Origin: Cyanophora paradoxa CCMP329
Lineage: Eukaryota; Plantae; Glaucophyta
Direction of reading: 5' to 3'
Assembly (NCBI GenBank): GCA_004431415.1
Contig: QPMI01000496.1
Location: 372,001 to 436,000, forward strand
DNA: 64,000 nucleotides
A program made the position numbers and the translations under genes. Every line of letters starts with the position of its first letter. Within the stretch, counting starts at the first letter, position 1. This document shows, piece by piece, positions 49,169 through 60,600 of the stretch. The notes under the pieces were generated by a model, which was given only the letters and a program-made list of their open reading frames with translations, was not told the origin of the DNA and did no database searches.

Positions 49169-52100
49169 TCGCGCCCTGACTTCCCCCCTCCCCTCGCGGG
49201 GCAGGCATCGGCCGAGGTGACCGTCACGATCCGGGACCCCTCGCGCCTCCCGCAGGGTCCGCCCAACGCGAACCTAAACACGCATTCCATAGAGTTCGAA
49301 CCCGACCGGCGGCGCCGCGCCGCGGCGCGCAGTGTTCACGCCGGTGCGGGACGGGGTCTCCCCCGAGGATGCGGAGCGGGCGGCCCGCGTCGTGACCGCC
49401 CTCGTCGCCTCCTTCATCGCCCTCTCCGTCCTCGCCAGGTCGGCCCCGCTCAGATGAGCCTCAGATCTGAGCACGAGCCCGGCGCCGGCTCTCGCGGCGC
49501 CGAAGGGGCTTACAATTACCTAGAGACTCCGCCGCGGGGCCGCCTCTTCTCGGCTTAGATGTGAGGTTTTCGGTCGGCCCGGGCTCACGCGGGGCCGCGC
49601 CGCATCGCGCCGCGCGCAGTCTCTTCTCCGGCGCCTCCGCCATGCTCCTCGGGCCGGGCTCGGTCGGCAAGGGCGACCCCTCCGCCGTACCCGTCTCCCA
49701 CTCCTCCTCCCCCCAGGCGCGCCCCGGAACCGAGTACCCCCGCCCCCGCCGGAGGCTGAACGCGACGGGCGCGCAGCAATCGGTGAGCGTCATGCAGCGC
49801 CTGGCTACGCTGGCGCACATCGCGAGCGCCGGCGTGCCCGCCTCCTACCGCACCTTTGCGAGGCACGTACCCCCTCCCGCCCCCTGAACTTCATCCCCCC
49901 CGGCCCTTTCTGAAAAGAGGGCGCGCACGCAGCGGCCTCGGCGTGTTCATGCTGAGGTTCCGGGGGCCCGGTGCGCTTTACCGTACCCCTCCGGATCGAA
50001 TCTTCGCGATCGTGACGGCGGCCCGCAGGCTTCGACGCGAGCGGCGTGTACAAGCCGCCCGCCGCCGCCCCGCAGTCCACCGCCGCCCCCCTCCCCGGCG
50101 CCCAGTGCGCCTCCCCTACCCCCCGGTCCCCCCCCCCCTCTAAGGATCGTACCAGGTACCCCGCGGTGTCGACGAGCCCGGCGCTGGCGTACGCGGCGGT
50201 TCTGGAGCCGGCGGCCGTGGCCGGCGTCCCCGGGGCGGCCCGGCGCTCCCTGCTTGCGGCCGCGCTGGACCTCCCCGCCGACTATCGGGTACCCCTCGGA
50301 TCTGTTTAGAGCCGCTCCGTCCCTAGAGAAATCTTTGTCTGACCTTTCTCTCCCTCGCAGGCCCCGGCGGGGCGGGTGCTGCTGGCGGCGCAGGGGGCGC
50401 GCGACTCGAAGGGGCCGGCCTCGGGCGAGGACTACGTCGCCGACTTCCAGGTACCCCCCCCCTCCCTTCTCTCACGCAAGTCTAGATCTCGCCCTCCTCA
50501 CGCGCTCCTGCTCGCCCCGCGCAGTCCTCGACGTTCTACATGCTGGTGGGGCTCGCCGGTGTCACCGTCGTCCAGCTCGTCCTCTACCTGTCCGGACCCC
50601 CGGCCCCGCGCCTCGGCCGGCGCTCCCACAAACGCGCACCCCGGCAGGTGGTTCGTGGCGCTGAAGCGCAAGTACGCGCGCCTTCAGAAGCAGGCCGCCG
50701 TCCCCTGTGCGCCCGGCCTCGCTCTGCTCCTCGCACGCGTCTGCCCTGATCTGTTCTGATCCGATCGGGGGGCGGGGCAGGCGGGCAGCTGGCCGTGTAC
50801 CGCTTCTGCTTCATCGCGACGGTCGTCGCCGCCGGGCAGATCATCGCAAGCTCGCCCCGCCCCTGGAGGTAAGCCATCCCACAAGTAAGCTACCGGCCGC
50901 CCCACAGCTACTTACAACTTGTACAGGGAGCTGGCGGCGGCGTACTTCGCGGTCTCGTGCGCCGCGACGCTCGGCATCGCCCTCTTCTTCGTCTGGCGCA
51001 TCCGCCTCCAGCGCCTCGCCAAGTTCGAGGTAGGTCCGATCCGAGCCGGAAATCTATTACAGCTATAGATTCAAATACGAAGCCGTGCTTAAGCGTCTTT
51101 GAAACTAAGCATCCGGGGCGCAGGTGGGCATGCCCTTCTGGTCGACCCTCCTCGGGCGCAACCGAAACATCGAGAACCTCCTCACCGACAGAGAGTGCGA
51201 CCCGACCCGCCCGGGCCGGGCCCGGGCCGGGCTAGCGCTCCCGAGCGTTCTAGAGAGCTTGCAAATATCAAGTATATACTCGTTGGCATCGGCGCCGGCT
51301 GTCGACACCCATGGCCACGGCTGTCTGACGGGTCGACCCGCCCGCCTCACTCCTCAGGCGGCGCAAGCTCAAGGCCGAGCGGCGGCAGGCCTCTCTGAAC
51401 ATGGCGGCCAAGGGCGAGGCCCGAGGGGAGGTCGAGGAGGAGGAGCTCGAGGACGAGGAGGAGGAGCTGGCGTGGCGGGGCCGCTCCTGCGCCAGCCGCG
51501 CCCTCGGGGCCGTCCTCATCGCCCTCAAGCGCCTCGACACGGCCCTCTGCCGCGGCCGCTGGCTCGTCAACGACAAGGAGGCGCGCCCGCCTGAGCCCCG
51601 CCTGAGCTCACTCTGACCGGCCCGGCAGCACGGGGACCGGGCGGCGGCCTTCCGGGAGGGCTACGGCATCGCGTGGGAGAGCTGCGTCGACACGCGCTTC
51701 ATGGCGAGCGAGGCCCCCGATCCATCCGCACTCGACTCTTAGATCGCTAGATCTAAAGCTTTAAGCTGAGGCCTAGGGCGCGGGCGCGCGGGCGGGCGCA
51801 GTTCGTCATGGACGCGATTGACATGGCCAAGGCGCTCGTCTCCGCCGCCTTCCTCGGGGTGCCCTCCCGCCCCCCGCCCCGCCCCGCCCCGCCCCGCCCC
51901 GCCTCGCCCCGCTTGGAGCTCCGGTCGAGCCGCTGATCATGAGGTGCAGGTGTACGCGTTCGACCCCGAGGTGGTCCTCGACGCGTCCATGTTCCAGCGC
52001 AACGCCCTCATCCAGGTCCGCCCCCCCGCTGCTCCTCCGGGGCGGGGCGGGGCCGCGGAAGCCTGCGGCTGTAGAACCGCTCCGCCTCTCGATCTCCGAC

Positions 52101-53676
52101 CCAATCCGATCCCTTCCTTCGGGCCGCTGCTGACGGCGGCGCCCGCCCGCTCCCCTCGCCCCGCCCCGCAGCTTGGGGTCTTCATCGGCCTCGACGTAGT
52201 CACGCTCTTGTGCGCCCACCCGCCCCGCCCGCCCCGGCCCACCGGGCCGCTCGCCCGCCCGTCCCGCTCTGATCCTCTCGCCCCGCCCCGCAGCATCCTC
52301 ATCGTCTTCCGCCCCTACATCTGCCGCTGGGCGCGCCCCCGCTCCCGCCCCCGCCCCCTCCGCCCACTGAGCTAAGCCTTGCCTCGCCCCGGCAGGTCGG
52401 CCTGCTGCAGACGCTGCTGGGGGCCCAGAACCTGGCGTGCCTCCTCGTGATCCTCCACGGCGAGCTCCGCCCCGACTCGGGGGCGGACAGCGGGGCCTTG
52501 CTTCTATACCTCGCCCTCTTCGCCGTCGGCCTCCTCATGGTCGACCAGGTCCGCTTACTGTCTGGAAGCTTAAGATCGCTTCTTCTTCGTCTCCTCGTCT
52601 AACATGGGATTGGGATGGTTTCAGGTCATCTCCGGCGTCCTCCAGATCCGAGTGCGTACATATCGACGTCCCTCGCGGCTCAGCGCCTCCGCCTTCTGAT
52701 TCTTCTTCCTCTTCCTCTTGTTCGCTTCTCCGCAGACGATCGTGAGCACCGTGCGCAAGATCGCGCGGCGCGCCTCCGCGCTGCTGGCGGCCCCCCGCGG
52801 GAAGGCCAGCGCCTCGGATCCGGACGGCAAGGAGGAGAAGCCGAAGAAGCCGGCGCCGGCGGCGGCGGGGGAGAAACAGAAGCAGCGGCCGGCGGGGCGG
52901 CGGGGAAGGGCCGGGGATTCCTCGGATCCGGAGGAGGCCGTCGTGCTCTTCCTGGAGGGCGAGGAGCCGCTGGCGGCGCGGCGGCGCCGCGGCGGCGCCG
53001 GCGGCGGCGGGGGGGGCCTCGAGCCCTCCGACCTCTCCGCCTCCCTCCGCGTCTCCCACGCCCCCGGGTGCCCCCCCTCAAAGCTTCCTGCTGGGGACCG
53101 CCCGCCAGCGCTGAGCGGCCCGGGCGCAGGTCCCTAGGCCTGGACCTCGCCGTCGAGGCCTGCGTCATGGAGGGCGGCGTCGAGCACCGCGCGGCGCGGC
53201 GCGGGCGCGCGCCGCCGTCGGCTGCGGCTGGGGCGGGGCGGGCGGAGTGGGTGCGGGACGAGTGCCTATGGGCCCTCGCGGAGGCGGTGCGGGCGCTGCC
53301 CCTCCCGGAGCCGCCCCGCGGGCGCGGCTCTGCGCCGTGCGCGTGGCGACGGCGGCGGAGGCGCCCGAGGAGCTCCTCTGGGGCGCCCAGCTCGCCGTGG
53401 ACGCCATATGCATACGAGCCCGGCCGCCGGCGCCGGCGCCGGCGCCGGGCGGCCCCGCGGGGGCGGCGGGGCGCATGCGCGGGGCGGCTGGCGGCGGCGG
53501 CGGGGCAGCGGGGCTGCTCCTGGACGCCCGCCTCGGCCTCGCCCTCGCCGGCCCGCCTGGCGCGCCGCCGCCGCCGCCGCCGCCGGCCCCGCCGCGCCCC
53601 GGGCCGGGGCGCCGCCGAGCTCGACCTCGACCTCGATCGCGACGTCGGCAGCTCCGTGGTCGACGTCCACCTCTAG
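46240..53676 (+). CDS. Large cell-surface multi-pass protein: CBM6/35-like module, Ser-Pro linker, PKD/REJ-like Ig domains, TRP-like multi-TM region
   Basis: Signal-like GVLGLLLLGLLLAA; YAVELPSTGAYNVSVRYAT...NINFFDL (CBM-like); (SP)n; PLSANVTDDDG..TWRQVGG..YGQWVFRLTVSDDAGAE (PKD-like); several hydrophobic exons and FREGYGIAWE..., ILIVFRPY; stop TAG 53674-53676. Start and internal exon structure are uncertain. Confidence 0.7.
49128..49167 (+). repeat. Poly-C homopolymer (about 40 nt) in intron
   Basis: Continuous C run; similar shorter runs near 47244, 47297, 55349 and 56169. Confidence 0.9.
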
Positions 53677-54649
53677 CCGCCCCGGCCCCCCGGCCCGCCG
53701 GCGGCCCGCCGCTCCCTGCAGCTGCGCGGCCCTGCGCCGCCCTGCGCATGCGCAGGCCGCCGCTCCCTGCGCGGCCCTGCCGCAGTGCGGCTGCGGGGCC
53801 GGCCCCTTCGTAGCCTATAGCTATAGCTAGGCGGGGCCCTCGTTAGAGTCTAGCTAGTCTAGCTATAGCTAGCCTCTGCAGAGGTAGGTATGGGAGGGTA
53901 GAGGGGCTTCCAGTATTTTTGGAAGGCAAGCAGCAAGCTGATCGATATCATGAAGCAAGTTTCAAGCAACCCAACCGGCGCAAATCATTAGGGCGGTGAT
54001 AGGGCCGCGAGTTCGCGATCGTTACAATTCAGGCCAATTTCATGAATGCCTATCTTGATGAACCGTTAACCATCGGAGTCTGCTCTCGGACTCGAAACTA
54101 AAACTCTCGGAGTCGAGAGGAAAAGAAAACCCATCCGAAGCTTCGCGGGGCAAGCTCCGCAATGCTTCCTGTCTGGTCGGAGCTGCCGCAGTGCTGCCGC
54201 GGATCATCGATATCCGCGGCCTGTGTAGGCTGCGCGCGCGCGGAGTCGCGGACCTAAGTGCGCAGCTGCAGCCTGCAGGTGCGCAAGAACAACCTCGCCG
54301 GGCGTTCGTAGCCTAGTTGCAGCGCAGCAGCAGCACAGCAGCAGCGCAGGCGCCCGGCTGAAAGCTTTCCCCAGCAGCAGCGCGGTACCGCACGGTCTCC
54401 GGCTTTCCGAAGTTCGAAGTCGCGCAGGCGCAAGCTGCGCAGAACTAGTGTGTGACGCGCTGAGAGCCGGGAGGCCCCCGCGCACGCGGCGCAGCGCGCA
54501 GAACCAGCAGATTAGCTGTCTTCAGCCATCGCCCGGGCCCCGCGCGCCAGCTACCGAGCACTCCGAAGCCGCGCAACTGGGCGGGGCGCAGCTAAAAGTC
54601 CTTCCCGTGCGCGCGGCGCGGGTGTGAGGTGGGCCTAGGCCTGCGCGCG

Positions 54650-57600
54650 ATGGCTTCGAAGGGCGCTGGAGCCGTCCAGAGGCACAGGCACTCCCAACAG
54701 CTGCCCGCGCTCGGCTTCCCCGCGCACGCGCCGGGCGGCGCCGCCGGCGCGCAGAACGGCGCGGACATGCCGCTCTCGGCGGCCGCGGCGGGGCGGCGGT
54801 CGGTGCTCGCGCGCGGCAGCGGCGCGGCCGCCCAGCCGGCCGCGGACAGCGCCCCGAAGGACGGCAAGGTCGCCGTGTACCTCGACTATGGTGAGCGAGC
54901 GCCCCCGCGGGCGCCGGGCTCAGGCTGGGCTTCAGACCTAGACTGCGGATTCGCTTTAGCTAGCTAGGGCGTCCCGTGCAGCGTTTGACCGCGAGCTTTG
55001 ATGGCAGACCCCGAGGCGGCGCGGAGGAGCCAGAGCCACTCGAGCTCCGCCTGGGCGGTCCTCTACAAGCGGATCGAGCGGATGACCTTCACCATCCTGT
55101 GCGCGCTCGCGTGATCCAGGGCCCCCTCCGGCCCCGCGCCTGACGCGCCCGCTTTCCGCCCGCCCGCTCCGCCCTCGCAGCTTCTTCCTGACGGACCGTG
55201 CGCCACGCCGCCCGCACCGCGCGCACATCCGCTTGCGCTTCGAGCGCCGCTGAGCTCCGGAACAGGCACCGGGAAAGTACCGGGGCTCTGGGCCCGCGTC
55301 CTCATCCCCTACGCCTTTCTCCTGTACGACTGTGCGCCCCGCCCCCGCCCCCCCCCCCCCCCCCCCCCCCCCATCCGGGCCCTCCCGGCTCATACGACGT
55401 GAGGCTCGACTCATGTGACTCACTTCGGGGCCCTGCAGTCACGCAGCTGATGACCCTGAGCCTGGTTCGCCGCGGTTTCCGCCAAGCACCCCCCCCTTTC
55501 CCATTCCCCGTACCCCTACCCCCCCTCCCCTTCGACACCTTGCCCGTCCCCCGAGTCTTCTTTCGCCGCACCCCACTTCCGCTCCGCACTGCCCCCCCCC
55601 CTCCTTCCGCCCTTGTGCCTTCCCCTTCTCGAGCGCCCCTAACGTCCTCCCCCACCCCCACCGCCGCGCGCCCCTTCCCAAGCCACTCCCTTACAACCTT
55701 CTTTCCCCACCCGAACCCTGACCACGTACCCCAGCCGCCGAACTTTCCTTCCACCACGTCGGCGTGGTTCGCGTACCCAGGAAATGCGGAATCACTGGTG
55801 CGGCCAGCTGCAGCGCTTTCCTGGCTGGTGCGCCTCGCTCTGCTTGCTGACCTCCCCGCAGCTCGGGGCGATGCAGCCGATCGCGATATTCTGGGTGCGG
55901 GGCGCGCCGCGCCGCTAGCCGCTGAGCCGCACGCTCAAGCTAAAGCCTTAGCTAGCTAGCTTGAGGCGCGCGAGCCGCCGCAGCTGACCTACCCCGCGCC
56001 GCGCCGCGCCGCGCCGCGCTGCGCCCCCCTAGGCTTGGCCTTACAGCCTTAGCTTGAGCCCCGCGGTGGGAGCCGCGCGAGCTGCCGGAGCTAATCACCC
56101 CCCTCCCCCCAAGCTAAAGCCTTAGCCAGCTTGAGGCGCGGTGCGCGAGCCGCTGCATCTGACTTCTTCCCCCCCCCCCCCCCCCCCCAGATCTTCGTGT
56201 CGCTCATCGCCCTGATGTTCGCCCTCGCCGCCTTCGTCTTCTACATGACCCACGTGCGCCCCCGCCGCCTCTCCTAGCAAAGGATCTAGCATCCTATGCT
56301 TTATATTTAAGCACAGGATGATCTTAAGCCGAAGCTAAGCTCTTGAAGCACAGGAGTATCCGAAACTTATATTATTAGGCTCGAGACTCTGCTTATAATC
56401 GATATAATCTAAAGCCGAAGCTTACAATCAAGCCTCTGCTCCGATCGCGCCGTCGTCGCGCCGACGCCGACTCCGCCCGTTATCGTTCGCGCAGACGCAA
56501 AACCTGCGGGTGCCGCCCATCCGGGCCCTCCGCCTCCTCGCGACGTTCCTCGTCGACGCCGCCTTCGTGCGCCGGCCCCGCCCTTTGACGCCTCCACCCC
56601 TCGCTGACCCTCGCTTCGCGGCGGCAGATCCCCGCGACACAGGCGAGCCGCGCGCCAGCTCGCACCCCTGCCCGCCCGCCTCCACAGCCTGGCTCGCCTC
56701 AGCTCGCAATCGCCCCGCTGACGCAGATCATCTCGACCGCAGATCATCTCGCAGCCGTTCGCGTGCTACCTCGCCGGCCAGGTCCGCCCCGCCCCGCCCG
56801 CCCCGGCCCTCTCCAATCTAGATCCAAGGGGCGGCGAACCCCGGCCCAACCCAACCTTCCAAGGGTTCCTAACCCACCCCGCGCCGCCCCCCGCAGACGT
56901 CGTCGCCGGGGCGGGTGGTGCACGAGAGCGTCGCGGCGGCCGTGACCACCTGCCGCGCCTTCGAGTCCCTCCAGGTACCCCCCCGCCCTTTCCCCCCCCC
57001 CCAGGCCCCTGGATCTCCGGATCCGCCCCTCCGCCCTCGCCTCTTACAGCTCGCCCCGCCCCGCCCCCGCAGGTCATGTACTTCTCGGTCTCGGTCGTCG
57101 TCCTCGTGACCTTCGTCCCCTTCTGCCTCGTCTTCGTGCGCGCGCTCAAGCAGAAGAGGCTCGATCGAGAGCGCTGGGGCTGACGCCGTGACGCCACGCG
57201 ATCGCGTGCAGGCGCTCATCTTCTACGACTCGTGCCCCGTCTCCTCGACGCTCGAGGGGCGGCCCCACGGCCGCTTCTCCTTCCTCTACGGTCCGCCCCG
57301 ATCGGATCCGATCCGCCGCCGCCGTTCCTTGTTTCGGGGGGCGCGCCGCCGGCGCCGCCCCGCCACATCGTGTACTTATCGCGGCCCGGCCCCTCGGATC
57401 GCAGTCGTGGTCCAGGCGACGATGATTTACATGTGAGCTCCCTCGCTTCTAAGTAGATGTGGAACCGCTCCTTCGCGCGGGTGCTCACGTGCCCCCTCGC
57501 GCGTCCAGCAACCTGTTCGGCGGGGCGAACGTCGACGCGGCCCACGCGGCGAACTTCGCGCTGCTCTTCGGTGCGTAGACGGACGCTCGGCCCTTTACTT

Positions 57601-60600
57601 CTGAGCGACGTCGACGTTCTCCGATCACGAGCCCCCCTTGCGCCCCAGGGCTCTGGCTCTTCCTCTTCGCGACGGCGCCCTTCTACTCCACCTTCACCAC
57701 GGCCTTCGTGCGCCGCCGCCCCAAAGCTTGCGCCCCTCGAGCTCGCCGGCGCCGTCCGACCGACCCGCGTCGGGCATGCGCAGCGGGGCGGCCTCTTCCT
57801 CGCGGCGGCCTCCTTCCCGCTCACCTCCAAGCTCGTCGGCCTGGCGGACGCGGACGCCGGCGACGAGGCCGGCCTCCGCCACTGGGCGACCGTCTCCCTC
57901 GCCCTCCTCGTCCCCATCTTCGCCGCCGGCTTCGCCCTCACATGTCAGCACCTGTAGCTTGCTCTATCTTTGGATTTTCGTGCTTGTTTGGCTTACGGTT
58001 TCTGTGCCGCAGACGTGCGAGTGTGGCTCCTCACGCGGGCGCGCCCGGCGGCCGTGGCAAAGGCGGCGGCGCCGGCGCACAACCGGAGGCGGGGGAGCAT
58101 TCAGCTGCAGGCGGGCGGTCGCGGGTCGCGCCCCCGCAGCGACGACTACCTCGCCCCCCAGCAGGCCGGCGCCGGCGCCGAGGGCGGCGGGGCCGAGGCG
58201 GCCGACCTTGCAGTACACTTGGCGGCCGCGCGGCGCGCCGCCGCCGCGCAGGCCGCCGCGGCGGACGAGTCCGGCGGGGAAGACGAGCCCGGCGCCGGCG
58301 CGGCCGCGCAGGGCGACGCGCCGGCGCCGGGCCGCAGCAGCGGCCGGGGGCGGCTGGCGGCGCTCTGGCGCGCGGCGCGGCCCCGCCTCATCGCCGCCCT
58401 CGAGTCGACCCACACCCTCTTCCTCGTCGAGTGCCAGGTCTGTAGGAAACACCAGTTCTAAAAGAATAAATAAAAGACAACGAGCCTTTCTATCATTTCT
58501 TCCTAAGATAAAATCTCCCTCGCGCTCGCCTCACGTCTCCGGCGCGCAGTACGAGGTGCGGGCGCGGATCGCGCTGCGCAAGCACGGCGACGTGGCGGCC
58601 GCGGAGGCCATCTACAAGGAGGGCATGCACGCCCTCCCCCAGGTGCCTCGATTCGTCTGCTCCGTACGCGTGCAACGCGCACGTCTCTGATCGACCGATG
58701 CTGTTGCGCCCCAGTCGGCGTACATCCGGATCCACTACGCGCTGTTCACGCGGCACTACAAGGGGGACGCGGCGGCGGCGGCGCAGCGGATGCAGGCCGC
58801 CGCCAACGACGGCGTCCGCATGGCCTTCGACATGCGTTACCTCGTGCGGAACAAGACTCTTGCTTATATTTATGACTTCGCTCAAGTAATATGACGCTTA
58901 TATTTATGACTTCTTATACGACGCTTGTTTATTCAAGATGCTTAGACGCGAGGCCCTCGCCCTGCTCCGTCTGCGCTGAAACTCATTACTTCGCGATCGC
59001 GGCGCGGCGCGCAGGTGTTCGAGAAGCAGCGGCTGTGGGACCAGATCGCGCACGGGCAGAACCTCGGCCAGACCATGAACTCCCTCTCCCTCCTCGAGTT
59101 CGAGCAGGCGCGCCGGGCCCGCGCGCGGGCTTAGGATACAAACCGCAACGCTAACGACACGCAAGCCTTAAATCGCTCAAGCCAACAAATAGATAGAAAC
59201 GCGCCAGCGCAAGATTGATTAAGGCTGACATTTGGCCCGGGGCAGGTCTTCGCGAACGCGACTGCAAAGCACGGGGAGGCGCTGCGGCTCATCCAGCGCT
59301 TCTGGAACGGCGTCTCCCGCAGACAGAACGCCAAGGCAAATTCTAGACATTCCCGGATTCGCTTACATTTCGCTGCGCGCGCTTACATTACCGCGCAGTA
59401 CCTGCTGGGGGCGAGCCACCACATCGGGCGCATCTCAGCCGCCTCGCGCGCCGCCGCCGACTCCTACGAGGCGCTCCTCAGGTGCGGCGGCGCTGCCGCT
59501 GTGTAGAAGGCACTAGATGAAATCGCACGAGCGAAAGCGATTGCAATTATGGCGCATTATGGCTGCTGTGTGCAAGTCACTAGTTGAAATCACATGCACA
59601 AAAGCGATTATAACTACGGCGCTGTGTTGTAACTATGGATCTAACCTAACCGGGCGGGGCAGAAAGCACAAGAGCTCGAAGATGCTGCTGCGGGCGTACG
59701 CCGACTTCGTGCGCTGCGTCCTCAACGACCCCGAGCGCGCCACCTACCTCTACCTCAAGGCGGTCCGCTGTTCTTTTTGCATTAAATTTCGCCGTTCTCC
59801 TTATATAAGCTTGTGATGCTTACTTTGGGATAGGACGAGCTCGAGGAGGCGGAGGCGAAGGCGCTGAGCGGGGACCACGGGGACGCCTCGGAGGCGCACG
59901 ACGGGGGCACGGAGGGCGGCCTGACGAGCGAGAACGACCACGACGGGGCGAGCAGCCACGAGCAGAGCACGAGCGACAACGCGCGGCACGTGCAGAACCG
60001 GATCACGGCGAAGAACAAGAAGAGCGGGGGCGCCGAGGGCCTCCTCAACAACGAGGGCCAGCTGCGCGCCGTGCGGCGCCTCCAGCTCGGCGTCCTCTGC
60101 GGCCTCGCCGCCCTCGCCATCATCGCCTCCATGTTCTACGTGCGCCACGCGATCGGATTCGTTCCACGAGAGCATCCTTGCGACGCGACGTGCCTTTAGG
60201 TCGTGACCCGCATGAACCTCGAGGAGATCAACGACGGCATCCTCCGGATGAACGACATCAGCAGCCAGGTGCGCATGCGCCAGCGCGGATTGAAACTTTT
60301 GATATCGATGTTCTCTCTGTATTTCTCCATCAAAATGAATGTGCCAAAGTTAACATCATCACCTCTCCTGCTGCAGGCGCGGTTCATCACGGCCGTCGTC
60401 GACCACGCGCGCAACATCTACCTCTCGCGTTACATGAACAACACGGTCACCGCCGCGTGGACGGTGCGCCCGCTTTGTTATCTCTCAAACTTATGATCCG
60501 TCGGTGTACCGTGTAAACTTATAAACTTATATTCACTTCACTTATATCTCTTAAACTTATGAACTTTTGTTATCTCTGTATTTTCACATGCGCCGTCGAC

